The notes under the pieces: model-generated
What the model was told of the DNA's origin: nothing
The model's database searches: none
What the model saw: the letters and a program-made list of their open reading frames with translations, nothing else
Assembly (NCBI GenBank): GCA_965223905.1
Contig: CBDCXV010000011.1
Span: forward strand, 256,001-320,000
Source of the DNA: Candidatus Latescibacterota bacterium
GTDB taxonomy: Bacteria; Latescibacterota; UBA2968; UBA8231
DNA: 64,000 bases
Direction: 5' to 3'
Made by a program: the position numbers and the translations under genes
Shown here: in pieces, positions 1-9,592 of the stretch
Numbering within the stretch: the first letter of the stretch is position 1
How the letters are laid out: each line of letters opens with the position of its first letter

Positions 1-1626
1 TGCGGTGTCCTCACTATAGAGTTTTTCCCCGTTGGGGATTCCCAGGAACTGCTGCTGGCGACTTTCGCGATGGGCGACGAGGCCGAGCCGTTCGCTCATG
101 CCGTATTCCTTTACCATGCTCTCGGCAATCTGCGTCGCTTTCTGCAGATCGCTGGCAGCGCCGGTCGAAATTTCCCCGAAAACGACCTCCTCCGCGGCGC
201 GTCCCCCCAGCAGGGCACAGGTGTTGTCGAGCAGCTCTTCCCTCGTCATCAGGTAGCGGTCCTCCGTCGGCATGTTCATAGTGTATCCGAGAGCACCGAC
301 TCCCCTGGGGATTATCGAAATCTTCTGAATGGGATTCGCATCTTCCAGCACTTCTCCAACGATCGCGTGACCGGCCTCGTGATAGGCGACGATGCGGCGT
401 TCCTTCTCGTTCAGGACACGGCTCTTGCGCTCGAGGCCGGCGACGGCTCGCTCCACAGCCTCGCTGAGCTCATCCATGGTGATGGCCTGCTTGTCGCGCC
501 GCGCGGCGAGCAGCGCCGCTTCGTTGACGACGTTTGCGAGATCGGCCCCGGCGAACCCGGGGGTCTGGATCGCCACCTTTTTGAGCTCGACCTCGTCGGC
601 GAGTTTGGCATCGCGGGCGTGAATCTCGAGGATGGCGGTTCGTCCCTTTACGTCAGGCCGGTCGACGGTAACGGTACGGTCGAAGCGACCCGGTCGCAGC
701 AACGCCGGGTCGAGAATCTCCGGCCTGTTGGTCGCCGCCATCAGGATGATTCCCACGTTGGTGTCGAACCCGTCGAGTTCGGTCAGGAGCTGATTCAGGG
801 TCTGTTCGCGCTCGTCGTGGCCTCCGAATGAGCCGCCCCCTCTGGCTTTGCCAAGCGCATCGAGCTCGTCGATGAAGACGATCGCCGGAGCGTGCTTCTT
901 CGCCTGCTCGAAAAGATCGCGAACGCGCGCCGCCCCGACTCCCACGAACATCTCGACGAAGTCCGAACCGCTGATCGAGAAGAAGGGAACTTCGGCCTGC
1001 CCGGCAACGGCTTTTGCCAGCAGGGTTTTTCCCGTGCCTGGCGGACCGACCAGCAGCACCCCCCGCGGAATGCGACCTCCGAGGGCCTGAAACCGCTCCG
1101 GGGTCTTGAGAAACTCGACTACCTCTTCCAGCTCTTCCTTGGCCTCGTCGATACCGGCAACATCGTCGAAGGTTATTCCCGTCCCCTTCTCCATGTACAC
1201 TTTGGCCTTGCTCTTGCCGATCGACATCAAGCCCCCGGAGCCGCCCCCCATGCGGCGGGCCATCAGCATCCAGATACCGACGAAAATCAGGGCCGGAAGA
1301 ACCCAGGACAGCAGTGTCGTGAACCAAGTGCTCTCGATCTTCCCGGAAAAGTCGATATCGTGCTCGGCGAGGAGGCTGACCAATTCCGGGTCGTCCACCC
1401 GGGTCACCACGAAACTCTTCTCTGCACCGTCTGAGAAATACCTGCCGGTGATCGAATCGGATCCGATGGAGACTTCCCGGACTGCTCCTTCGGCGACCAT
1501 GGCGCGGAAGTCGCTGTATGGAAGCGTATGAACCTGGCCTTGGAGATAACTCTGAATGACGAGAAGGAGCAGAACGGTCAGTATCGCGTACGCGATCGAC
1601 AGCTGCGTCCGGCGATCCAGTCTCAC
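1..1626 (-). CDS. ftsH: ATP-dependent zinc metalloprotease FtsH (3' end runs off window)
   Basis: Manual minus-strand translation from GTG at 1626 (absent from ORF track because there is no stop in the window): N-terminal TM ([25 protein letters not shown]), Walker [32 protein letters not shown], Walker B IVFIDELD, zinc motif AYHEAGH. Confidence 0.96.
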   Translation of the reverse strand, partial: MRLDRRTQLSIAYAILTVLLLLVIQSYLQGQVHTLPYSDFRAMVAEGAVREVSIGSDSITGRYFSDGAEKSFVVTRVDDPELVSLLAEHDIDFSGKIESTWFTTLLSWVLPALIFVGIWMLMARRMGGGSGGLMSIGKSKAKVYMEKGTGITFDDVAGIDEAKEELEEVVEFLKTPERFQALGGRIPRGVLLVGPPGTGKTLLAKAVAGQAEVPFFSISGSDFVEMFVGVGAARVRDLFEQAKKHAPAIVFIDELDALGKARGGGSFGGHDEREQTLNQLLTELDGFDTNVGIILMAATNRPEILDPALLRPGRFDRTVTVDRPDVKGRTAILEIHARDAKLADEVELKKVAIQTPGFAGADLANVVNEAALLAARRDKQAITMDELSEAVERAVAGLERKSRVLNEKERRIVAYHEAGHAIVGEVLEDANPIQKISIIPRGVGALGYTMNMPTEDRYLMTREELLDNTCALLGGRAAEEVVFGEISTGAASDLQKATQIAESMVKEYGMSERLGLVAHRESRQQQFLGIPNGEKLYSEDTA

Positions 1627-1759
1627 TGGAGAATCGTCCTAAGAAGTTGAAGAAACAAAAGTTACGTGCGTCGATGGAAAATAACTCTGCCCCACATCGC
1701 GGTCAAGCAAAGCGGCTGTGATCGCGAGCTGAGGCAGAGGCTCCGAAATAGAGCTCTGC

Positions 1760-3028
1760 TCAGGCCAGAAGACCCGGCGTCTCGAGAGTCTCCTTCAGAC
1801 GGCCGAGAAAACGGGCACAGGCCGCACCATCGAGGGCGCGGTGATCGGCTGCCAGGGTCACCGACATCTGGGGGCGAACCGCCATCCCGTGATTCTCGAT
1901 GGCCACCACCCTGTCTTCGAGGGTGCCTACGGCGAGTATGGCGACCTGGGGGGGATTGATTATGGCAGTGAAGCGAGAGACTCCGAGCATGCCGAGATTC
2001 GAAATGGTAAACGTGCCGCCCGCCATGTCGTCCGGCTGCAGGCGGCCGTTGCGGGCGGCATCAACGAGGCGCCTGGACTCCGCGGCAATCTGCTCCAGCG
2101 AAAGGTTGGGGACGTCGCGGACTACCGGGACCATCAGCCCCTGCGTGGTGTCGGCGGCGATTCCGATATTGACCTCCCCGAGCTGCGTCAGGGTGGTTCC
2201 GTTCAGCACGCTGTTGAAACGGGGCTGTTCCTCCAAAACCCGGCCAACCGCCTGCAAGATCAGGTCGTTGTAGGAGATCTTTTTCCCCTCGATGGCATAC
2301 CCCTGGCGGAACTGCTGGAGCCAGACCCCGGATATCTCCATCCCGATGTGGATGTGGGGAATCTGCTGATAGCTGGCCGTAAGCCGTTCGGCAGCAACCT
2401 GCTGGGCTCGAGTCAACTCGACCGTCCCCGGTGCGTGGACTGCAACCGGCGCGGCAGCCGAGGCCGGTGCTTCGGGAGCTGCGACGGCCTTGGGAGCCTC
2501 TGAGCCGACCTGGGCTTTCAGGTCGGAGCTGACAATGCGCCCACCGGGTCCCGAGCCCTGAATGGATGCCAGATCGAGGCCGAGGGCGTCCGCCATCTTG
2601 CGCGCCTTGGGGGAAGCCCGATGGGGCCGCCCGTGGCCGGAAGGCGAGACCGGACCGGGAGCCGGCGAATCGCCGGAAACTGCGGGTGGCGGTTCTGACA
2701 CGGGCGCATGCTCCGAGGTAATACTCCGCCCCACCTCTCCCTTTCCTGCCTTTGCCGCAAGTTGAGACTCGAAATCGCCGATCTCTTCCTCCGCATCGGC
2801 AATGATGCCGACCGGAGTGGCGACCGCCACCTCTTCCCCTGCCGGTACCAGGATTCTGCGGAGAACCCCGGAGGCCTGGGCTTCCACTTCCATTGTAACC
2901 TTGTCGGTGACGACCTCGAGCAGCGGTGCCCCACGCACCACTGCTTCCCCTTCGGATACCAGCCAGGATCCGATCGTCCCGGTCTCCATGGTGAGGCCCA
3001 GTTTGGGCATGACGACTTCCGTAGCCAT
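1760..3028 (-). CDS. Dihydrolipoamide acyltransferase (E2) of a 2-oxoacid/acetoin dehydrogenase complex
   Basis: Lipoyl domain (MPKLGLTM...TDKVTMEV), E3-binding domain (ASPKARKMA...GSGPGGRI), catalytic DHRALDG. Confidence 0.93.
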   Translation of the reverse strand: MATEVVMPKLGLTMETGTIGSWLVSEGEAVVRGAPLLEVVTDKVTMEVEAQASGVLRRILVPAGEEVAVATPVGIIADAEEEIGDFESQLAAKAGKGEVGRSITSEHAPVSEPPPAVSGDSPAPGPVSPSGHGRPHRASPKARKMADALGLDLASIQGSGPGGRIVSSDLKAQVGSEAPKAVAAPEAPASAAAPVAVHAPGTVELTRAQQVAAERLTASYQQIPHIHIGMEISGVWLQQFRQGYAIEGKKISYNDLILQAVGRVLEEQPRFNSVLNGTTLTQLGEVNIGIAADTTQGLMVPVVRDVPNLSLEQIAAESRRLVDAARNGRLQPDDMAGGTFTISNLGMLGVSRFTAIINPPQVAILAVGTLEDRVVAIENHGMAVRPQMSVTLAADHRALDGAACARFLGRLKETLETPGLLA

Positions 3029-3133
3029 CGAACCTCTCTTGCCTTGTTTATCGCCTGTTTGAATGCAGGGTTGTTGCTTGGGAAATGACCGCTGCCTCCG
3101 GCGACATCCTCGACTTTGCGGCAGTTTCGGGCG

Positions 3134-4231
3134 CTATGAGGTGCTGGACGGGGGCCGCTGCAACCTTCTGGCCTGGTCCAGTGCTTCAAGGATCTGGCTG
3201 ATTCCCACGGCCCGCACGTTTTTGGCCTGAACGACCACGACCCGATCGTTTCTGGGACTGATCCAGCGCCGGGCATCTTCGTCGAAGATGGCAACCACCG
3301 GGACCCGCAGATAAATCGACAGATGCAGAATATCGGTGTTGCAGGAAACCAGTGCGCGACAACCTCCGAGCAACGCGGCAGCCCCGGACAGATCCTGGAG
3401 ATCGAAGGCGAGAATGCGGTTGCCGTAAGTCGATTTAAAATAGTCGACCCGTTTTCTCTCCGCGAGGGTAAAGAACAGGATCGCCCTTGCACCCCCATGG
3501 ATCAGGCCCCCGACCATGTTGTCGACCTGCCGCCTGCTCATCCCCTTCCCTTCCCGTCGCGACAGGTCGATGGCGACGACGTCGCCGACGTCGCCGGCCC
3601 CGAATTCTTCTGAGAGGTAGCGGAACCGCACCTCACGGGCACGATCCTGAGGGATCGACCAGCCGCCTTTCCCGCCACTTTCCAGGTCTAGCAGGCTCAA
3701 CATCACCTCGTACTGCCTCCCCTCGAAGGCATGCCTGTCTTCGCACACGATCTCGAAGTTGAACCAATCTCCCGGATCCGGGCGACTGAATCCGACCCGA
3801 AGCCGGGCTCCGCTCCGGGCGCACACCTGACAAAGTCGGAAGCTGCAGTCCGGTCCCAGGCAGATAGCGAGATCGAATTGACGACCCCGCAGCGACTTGG
3901 TGAATCGGCGCTGGGATGAGTTCCAGACCGGACCGGAGTCCAACTCGGCGGTGATGACCTCGTCGACACATGAAATCTGCTTGGCCAGCCCCGCCATGTG
4001 TTCTCCACAGACGAGGGCTATTTCGGCGTCCGGAAAGCACCGGCGAAGCCCCACGTAGACCGGGACCCCGAAAAAGAGGCCGCCGGCGCGGTCACTGGGC
4101 AAAACCAGAATCCGCTCCGCCTTTTTGAGTTCCGAGAAAACGTCGAGTGTGTCTTTCTCGGAGGGTAACAGTGATCTCCATTTGAGAACCGCCCGCTCCC
4201 AAAAGGATCCTGTTATCCGGGCGCGATTCAT
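3134..4231 (-). CDS. Glycosyltransferase family 9 (heptosyltransferase-like), divergent
   Basis: GT9-like layout: LRRCFPDAEIALV, LRGRQFDLAI, SGARLRVGF, LHLSIYLRVPVVAIF. Confidence 0.7.
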   Translation of the reverse strand: MNRARITGSFWERAVLKWRSLLPSEKDTLDVFSELKKAERILVLPSDRAGGLFFGVPVYVGLRRCFPDAEIALVCGEHMAGLAKQISCVDEVITAELDSGPVWNSSQRRFTKSLRGRQFDLAICLGPDCSFRLCQVCARSGARLRVGFSRPDPGDWFNFEIVCEDRHAFEGRQYEVMLSLLDLESGGKGGWSIPQDRAREVRFRYLSEEFGAGDVGDVVAIDLSRREGKGMSRRQVDNMVGGLIHGGARAILFFTLAERKRVDYFKSTYGNRILAFDLQDLSGAAALLGGCRALVSCNTDILHLSIYLRVPVVAIFDEDARRWISPRNDRVVVVQAKNVRAVGISQILEALDQARRLQRPPSSTS

Positions 4232-4524
4232 TCTGAAGAATTTGACGTTACCGGACGCCGCCCAGGGGATCGGCTTTCACCCTGCTTGCCTTCTGTATCC
4301 GCCCGGGTCGCGGTATCCGCGGCGGTAGGGGAGGGGTGGAAGTGGCTGAACATCCCGGGCTGGAGCAGCCGATCGTTACGATTTATGTAGAAGGAAACCT
4401 CGTGGGGGGTTAGAATATCCTGCGCCTCAGGGCGATGTCAAAGGTCGCTCTGAGGGCAGTTGCAACCGACTCCCGCCGCCGGAATGAGGGAGGGAGTATT
4501 GTTTGGGAACATCAGGCCGCTTCC

Positions 4525-5001
4525 ATGACCATCCCCTCCCGAGACTTCACGGCGACTACGTTCGTCGTCTGGAACCATAAGGTTTTATTGTTGTGGCACA
4601 ACAAGATGCAATCATGGCTTCCCCCTGGAGGTCACATAGCGAAAGACGAGCTACCGGAGGAGGCGGCAGTTCGCGAAGTCCGCGAGGAGGCCGGGCTCGA
4701 GGTCGAGCTTCTCGGGAGTCCGAGGGTCGTCGGAAACGTTACTGTGCTGACGCAGCCCTCATGCATTCTCCTCGAGGATATCGAACCGGGACACCAGCAT
4801 ATCGATCTCATTTACTTCGCAGTGGTCAGCGGTTCCGGGGAGGTGTTCCTCAACGAGCGCGAGGCGGCCCGTTTCAGGTGGTATGACCACGAGCAGTTGC
4901 AGGGTGACGAGATCGCCGAAGACATCCGCCATCTCGGTCGGAGGGCGATCGCCGCGGTCCGGGATCACGGCGAACCGTCCCAATGGCCACCGGGTTCCTG
5001 A
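4525..5001 (+). CDS. NUDIX hydrolase
   Basis: Nudix box GGHIAKDELPEEAAVREVREEAG; HQHIDLIY; start uncertain (4435 or 4525). Confidence 0.9.
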   Translation: MTIPSRDFTATTFVVWNHKVLLLWHNKMQSWLPPGGHIAKDELPEEAAVREVREEAGLEVELLGSPRVVGNVTVLTQPSCILLEDIEPGHQHIDLIYFAVVSGSGEVFLNEREAARFRWYDHEQLQGDEIAEDIRHLGRRAIAAVRDHGEPSQWPPGS

Positions 5002-5921
5002 CCCACGATCGGTTCCTCGATCACGACAACGGTCCCGGACATCCGGAGCGCGCCGACCGATTGTTGGCGATATGGAGTCGGTTGCGTGAGTCAGGCACCT
5101 GGGAGCGACTGGTTGGACTCGAGCCTGCCGAGGCCGACCGGACGAACCTGACCCAAGTCCACAGTGCCCATCACATCGACCTTATTGAGCGCCTATCCGC
5201 GACAGGAAGGCCTACCGGCCTGACGCCCGATACCGGCATCTCCGGGGCGACTTTCGACGCCGCCCGCCTGGCATCAGGCGGAGCGATCGCGGCTGTCGAT
5301 GCCGTGGTTTCGGGTACTGTAGACAATGCATTCTGCGCCCACCGCCCTCCCGGTCACCACGCCGAGCGCGAACAGGCGATGGGATTCTGCTACTTCAACC
5401 ACGTCGCCGTTGCGGCCAGGCACCTCCTCAACCGCCATGGAGTCCGTCGCATAGCCATTGTCGATTGGGACGTCCATCACGGCAACGGAACCCAGCACAG
5501 CTTCGAATCCGATCCCAACACCTTCTTTTTCAGCATCCATCAGTACCCCCACTACCCCGGAACGGGAGCCGCAGAGGAACGGGGAGTCGGTGCGGGTAAC
5601 GGGGCGACGCTGAATGTTCCCGTCCCGGTGGGCACTGGAGACGCCGAATACGCCCACCTTTTTGCCGAGGTGCTGCGGCCTGCAATCGACGCCTTCGAGC
5701 CGGAGTTCCTGCTTTTGTCCGCTGGATTCGACGCCCACCGCGCCGATCCCCTGGGAGGGGTGCAGCTGACTGAGAAAGGGTTCGAGATATTGACGGAAAC
5801 GGTGGCCGGCATGGCGCGCGACCATTGCGACGGTCGCCTCGTCTCCCTGCTCGAAGGGGGATACGACCTCGAGGCCACCGCGTCTTCCGTGGACGTTCAC
5901 CTGCAAACGCTGCTGGGATAG
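4983..5921 (+). CDS. Histone deacetylase family amidohydrolase
   Basis: HPE, RPPGHHAE, GFCYFN, DWDVHHGNGT, SAGFDAH, LEGGY motifs. Confidence 0.95.
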   Translation: MATGFLTHDRFLDHDNGPGHPERADRLLAIWSRLRESGTWERLVGLEPAEADRTNLTQVHSAHHIDLIERLSATGRPTGLTPDTGISGATFDAARLASGGAIAAVDAVVSGTVDNAFCAHRPPGHHAEREQAMGFCYFNHVAVAARHLLNRHGVRRIAIVDWDVHHGNGTQHSFESDPNTFFFSIHQYPHYPGTGAAEERGVGAGNGATLNVPVPVGTGDAEYAHLFAEVLRPAIDAFEPEFLLLSAGFDAHRADPLGGVQLTEKGFEILTETVAGMARDHCDGRLVSLLEGGYDLEATASSVDVHLQTLLG

Positions 5922-5947
5922 GGCGGATCCCGAAACCAGTCCGCGGA

Positions 5948-6634
5948 TCAGTTCGTAGGCCGGGTCAGGACGTGGATGTCGACCTCCTGTTCCTGTCCCC
6001 GCCAGCTTACCTTAATCGTCTCTTGGTGGTGGGTGTACCCCCGGTTGCGAAGACCCGAGATGAAAGTGGCGGCAACAGGCCTGCGCGGATCGCTCAGATA
6101 GAGCCTTCCCCCCGGCTTGAGGAGGGATTGCAGAAGGCGATTGAGGTAGCGGTGGTCGCGGCGTTCGTACGCGATATCGGACGCGACCATGCACTCGTGG
6201 GGTCTTCCAACCGGGTGCCGCCAATCGAGATAGGCGACCTGATGGCCGGGCCCTGCCCGGTTCCTGGCGGCGTTGTGGGAGGTGAATACCAGTGCGTCTT
6301 CGACGTAATCGGTCGCTTCGACGCGCCAACCCAGGCGCGCCAGCGATATGCCGACCAGCCCCAGGCCGCAGCCCAACTCGACGGCATCTGCCGCTGGCAA
6401 TCGCCTGTCGAAAAACCATCGCGACAGGCCAAGGGCCGCCGGCCACACCTCGGCCCAGTACGGAAATCGCTGATTGCATTGCGGTTCCCTCTCGATGAGC
6501 CGGTCCAGGAGTGCGTAGGCATCCGCGGTCTCGACGATGGTCAGCTCAAGGTCCCTGCCTACGGTTACGACTGTCTCCCTGGTGTCGTACTTGCTCAGGG
6601 TGCGCTTTACGTGCCGCGGTGAATAGCGCTTCAA
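5948..6634 (-). CDS. Class I SAM-dependent methyltransferase (family 16-like)
   Basis: PYWAEVWPAA, VELGCGLG, ATDY, LDWR, ASDIAYE motifs. Confidence 0.85.
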   Translation of the reverse strand: MKRYSPRHVKRTLSKYDTRETVVTVGRDLELTIVETADAYALLDRLIEREPQCNQRFPYWAEVWPAALGLSRWFFDRRLPAADAVELGCGLGLVGISLARLGWRVEATDYVEDALVFTSHNAARNRAGPGHQVAYLDWRHPVGRPHECMVASDIAYERRDHRYLNRLLQSLLKPGGRLYLSDPRRPVAATFISGLRNRGYTHHQETIKVSWRGQEQEVDIHVLTRPTN

Positions 6635-6646
6635 GCGCTGGATCCG

Positions 6647-7165
6647 TCAGTCCCGGTTGCGCTCTTTCCGGCTGGACGGGGGGCCTTCGCGCCACTTCGA
6701 GCCGCGGCCCTCATATGCCCGCATGCCTTCCACGATCTCGCGAAGGTCGCGCCGAAAATGGTCCGAGAACAGCACGAGCTTGGCCCGTTGCCGAACCGTC
6801 AGGTGGCTCTCCAGCCTCTGTTTGAACTCATCGTCGGTCACCCGCAACCGACTTTCGAGGTCCGCTACCTTCTCCATGGCGGCGAGCAACTCCGAGTCCT
6901 TGGGAGATTCTCCGCCCAGGATATGCCTGAGTTCGCGGGCAGCCTGTTTTCTCCGATCGCGCATCTCGTCCATTTTGCGGTGGTGCTGGCTCAAGAGCGG
7001 AAACAGAACCGCGGCCTGGTCGACATCGATTTGAAGCTGGTCGAAGAGCCTCCACATTTTCAGAAACTGAATGCGGTCTCGTGAACGCCCGCCTTCAGAT
7101 GGCGGCTGACTCCACACCGCCTCTGTGAGAGAAAGCATCAGGAAAACGAAAATTGCCGCCATCAC
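6647..7165 (-). CDS. Exported Spy/CpxP-like helical protein
   Basis: Signal peptide, charged helical body, LTVRQRAK (LTxxQ motif); third gene of the sigma/anti-sigma operon. Confidence 0.7.
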   Translation of the reverse strand: MMAAIFVFLMLSLTEAVWSQPPSEGGRSRDRIQFLKMWRLFDQLQIDVDQAAVLFPLLSQHHRKMDEMRDRRKQAARELRHILGGESPKDSELLAAMEKVADLESRLRVTDDEFKQRLESHLTVRQRAKLVLFSDHFRRDLREIVEGMRAYEGRGSKWREGPPSSRKERNRD

Positions 7166-7803
7166 CTTGCCTCACTCTCTGTCAACGCGTAGAGATGTTC
7201 CCCCTCGACCAGCAACTGCATCTGTTCCAACAACTCCGCTTCGCTCGCCGTGTCGAGGAGGTACTCGGAGACTTCGGAATCGAGATCGGAGGGGCCGGCC
7301 ACCACCAGGACTTCCCCTCCATATACTTCATCCTCATACAGGAGGAGGACTGTTGCCAGAAACTCTTCGAGGGCAGAAGAGCCGGCGGATTCACTGCCAT
7401 CCTGGTCCGCGGAAAGGCCGGAAGCCGCAGGCTGTCCGGGTTCGACCAAAGAGATCCGTTCGCTGCCTGCCAGAAGCAGGAGCACCGTGGCCGCACCGGC
7501 AATCGCTCCCGAAAGAGCAGGAGACCACCGCCTCGCCCACGACCTCCGGCCGCTGTATTCCTCGATTCGACGCCGGACCCGGGCCCCGAACCCGGAGAAG
7601 ACGAAGGCATCCATGGCGGGTACTGGAACGGCTGCGGTCGTCGCCAGGGTCTGCTCAAAGCCGGCCAAATGCCGCCGGCAGACCTCGCACCGTTCGACAT
7701 GGCTTTCGACCAAGGCGCGCCGGTGGACCGGAAGACTCCCATCCAGATACTCGAGCAGGGCCTGTTCGTCGCAGGCCGAAGCTCTCGGCTTGTCCGCTGA
7801 CAT
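7162..7803 (-). CDS. Zinc-finger (zf-HC2) transmembrane anti-sigma factor
   Basis: LLEYLDG...HVERCEVC (HxxxCxxC), then one TM helix; downstream of an ECF sigma. Confidence 0.85.
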   Translation of the reverse strand: MSADKPRASACDEQALLEYLDGSLPVHRRALVESHVERCEVCRRHLAGFEQTLATTAAVPVPAMDAFVFSGFGARVRRRIEEYSGRRSWARRWSPALSGAIAGAATVLLLLAGSERISLVEPGQPAASGLSADQDGSESAGSSALEEFLATVLLLYEDEVYGGEVLVVAGPSDLDSEVSEYLLDTASEAELLEQMQLLVEGEHLYALTESEAR

Positions 7804-8436
7804 AACCCCTTCTCCGTAAGCGATTCCGCAGCGGGGCTCTCGACGAGGACAACGCGCAACTTGCGGACAGCGTGAAAATACCCGGCCCGCACTGCCCCCT
7901 CCGACGTACCGACCACTTCTGCGATCTCCCCGTGGGACAGGTCGTCGTAATGCCGCATCACAAAAATACTCCCCTGCCGGGGCGGGAGATCCCGGATCGT
8001 TGCCTCGATCACGGCGATCTGCTGCTTCATCACCAGTTCCTCTTCAGGGTCGCAACGATACACAAGGTGGTTTTCTATGTGGGTAGCCACCTTCGAATCG
8101 AGGTGTAAGAGATTCTCAGCTTGTTCTTGCGCCAATAATTGAGGTAAGTATTCAAGGCGATTCTGTAGAGCCAGGTATATAGAGAGGAATGGCCGCGAAA
8201 TCTGTGCAGGGATTTGTAGGCTTTCACAAAGGTCTCCTGTGCGAGGTCCGCGGCCTCGTCCGTATCCCTGAACCATTTTGCACCAGAAAGCGATAGATCC
8301 GTTCCTGGTGGCGCCGAACGATGGCGTCGAATGAAGATTCCCGCCCTTGCAGGAACTGGTTCACCAGCTCGGCATCAGAGGGGATCTCGCTTGCTGTGGA
8401 AAATCGCTTGGATATGGCTGTTGAATCTCCAGTCAT
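7800..8436 (-). pseudogene. ECF sigma-70 factor split by frameshifts
   Basis: Three frames: SDAELV...FDAIVRRHQERIYRF; DEAADLAQETFVKAYKSLHRFRGHSSLYTWLYRIALN (region 2); LPPRQGSIFVMRHYDDLSHGEIAEVVGTSEGAVRAGYFHAVRKLR (region 4). Confidence 0.8.
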
Positions 8437-8560
8437 AACGCCTCTGCGCCTGCCCTGAAAGCTGCGGCACTCCTTTTTCGATCACGGCCTTTGACAACGC
8501 AGCCGGAAAGAGCGTTTAATCGGTTTCCTACCAGAATCCAGACGGTCCGGGAGAACTGGG

Positions 8561-9592
8561 TCATTCCTCCGCTTCGGCCGGCTCGCCAGCGGCCGAGCAC
8601 TTGGCCTCGGCAATCAGGTTTTCGTTCATCTCGAAGGTGTTGTTGTCTGCATCTGTGAGACGTCCGCAGGGAAAAAAGGACCGCGTGTACATCGGATAGG
8701 CTTGGCTGCGCAGATGAGCCAGTCCCAGATGCCCGGAGCGCCGGCCGCGCTCCTGTCGCAGTGCTCCGATGTCGATCGTCGTCACCACAATTTTCTCTCC
8801 CGGTCCCGGATCCGCCTGGGCCAGAATCCTTCCCTCGTAGTCGACTACCATGCTCCCTCCCGGCCAGGAGAACGGAGGGTAATGGCGGAGCGAAGAACCC
8901 TGGTTTGCGCCGACGACGTAGGCGGTGTTCTCCAGTGCGCGACAGCGGTTGACCACCGTCCACCAGTCCATCGGGGGAGTGGCTCCCCATGGGTCCATGT
9001 AGGCGGAAACCCGGACCAGTATTTCGGCCCCATTGGCGGTCAACTGCCGTAGCGGTTCCGGGAAAATCCAGTCGTAACAGATCGCAGCCCCTATTCGGCC
9101 GATCGGCGTCGCTGCTACCGGGAACAGCTCTTCGTCGTACCCGTCCAGATCGTGCGGGCTGGCGTGTACCTCCCAGGGGATCCAGGGATTGACCTTGCGG
9201 TACTTCGACAGAATGCCGTCTGGACCAACCAGGCAGGTCGCATTGAATACCTTGCCGGGCCACTTCGGATCTTCTTCCAGGAAACTTCCGGTCTGAATGT
9301 AGATGCCGAGCTCCCGGGCTTTCTCGGCATAGCGCTCGGTGTGCTCGTTAGGAATCGGGAGGGTCAGTTTCGCCAGCAGGCTTTTCGCAGTCGGATAGAT
9401 TGGAGCAGCGTGGCCGAACTCGGGAAAGGCGACCAGCCTTACGTCGGTAAAGGGCCGGTATCCCGTGACCGCCATGTCGATCATTTCGATCATGCGGTCC
9501 GTATTGCGGAATATCTCGCGGCGCGTCTCTGGGTTCGGTTGGTCGACCTGGCAGGCCGCCACCCCGTAACGAAGAGGGCCGTGTGTCGTCAT
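8561..9592 (-). CDS. Carbon-nitrogen hydrolase (nitrilase/amidase family)
   Basis: Catalytic triad motifs FPEF, YRKVNP, ICYD; ATG overlaps the xdhC TGA. Confidence 0.9.
   Translation of the reverse strand: MTTHGPLRYGVAACQVDQPNPETRREIFRNTDRMIEMIDMAVTGYRPFTDVRLVAFPEFGHAAPIYPTAKSLLAKLTLPIPNEHTERYAEKARELGIYIQTGSFLEEDPKWPGKVFNATCLVGPDGILSKYRKVNPWIPWEVHASPHDLDGYDEELFPVAATPIGRIGAAICYDWIFPEPLRQLTANGAEILVRVSAYMDPWGATPPMDWWTVVNRCRALENTAYVVGANQGSSLRHYPPFSWPGGSMVVDYEGRILAQADPGPGEKIVVTTIDIGALRQERGRRSGHLGLAHLRSQAYPMYTRSFFPCGRLTDADNNTFEMNENLIAEAKCSAAGEPAEAEE

Noticed and set aside
7182-8276. 364-aa ORF as a sigma/anti-sigma fusion
   Set aside because: Only its middle is sigma region 4; the rest is out-of-frame read-through over the real anti-sigma gene
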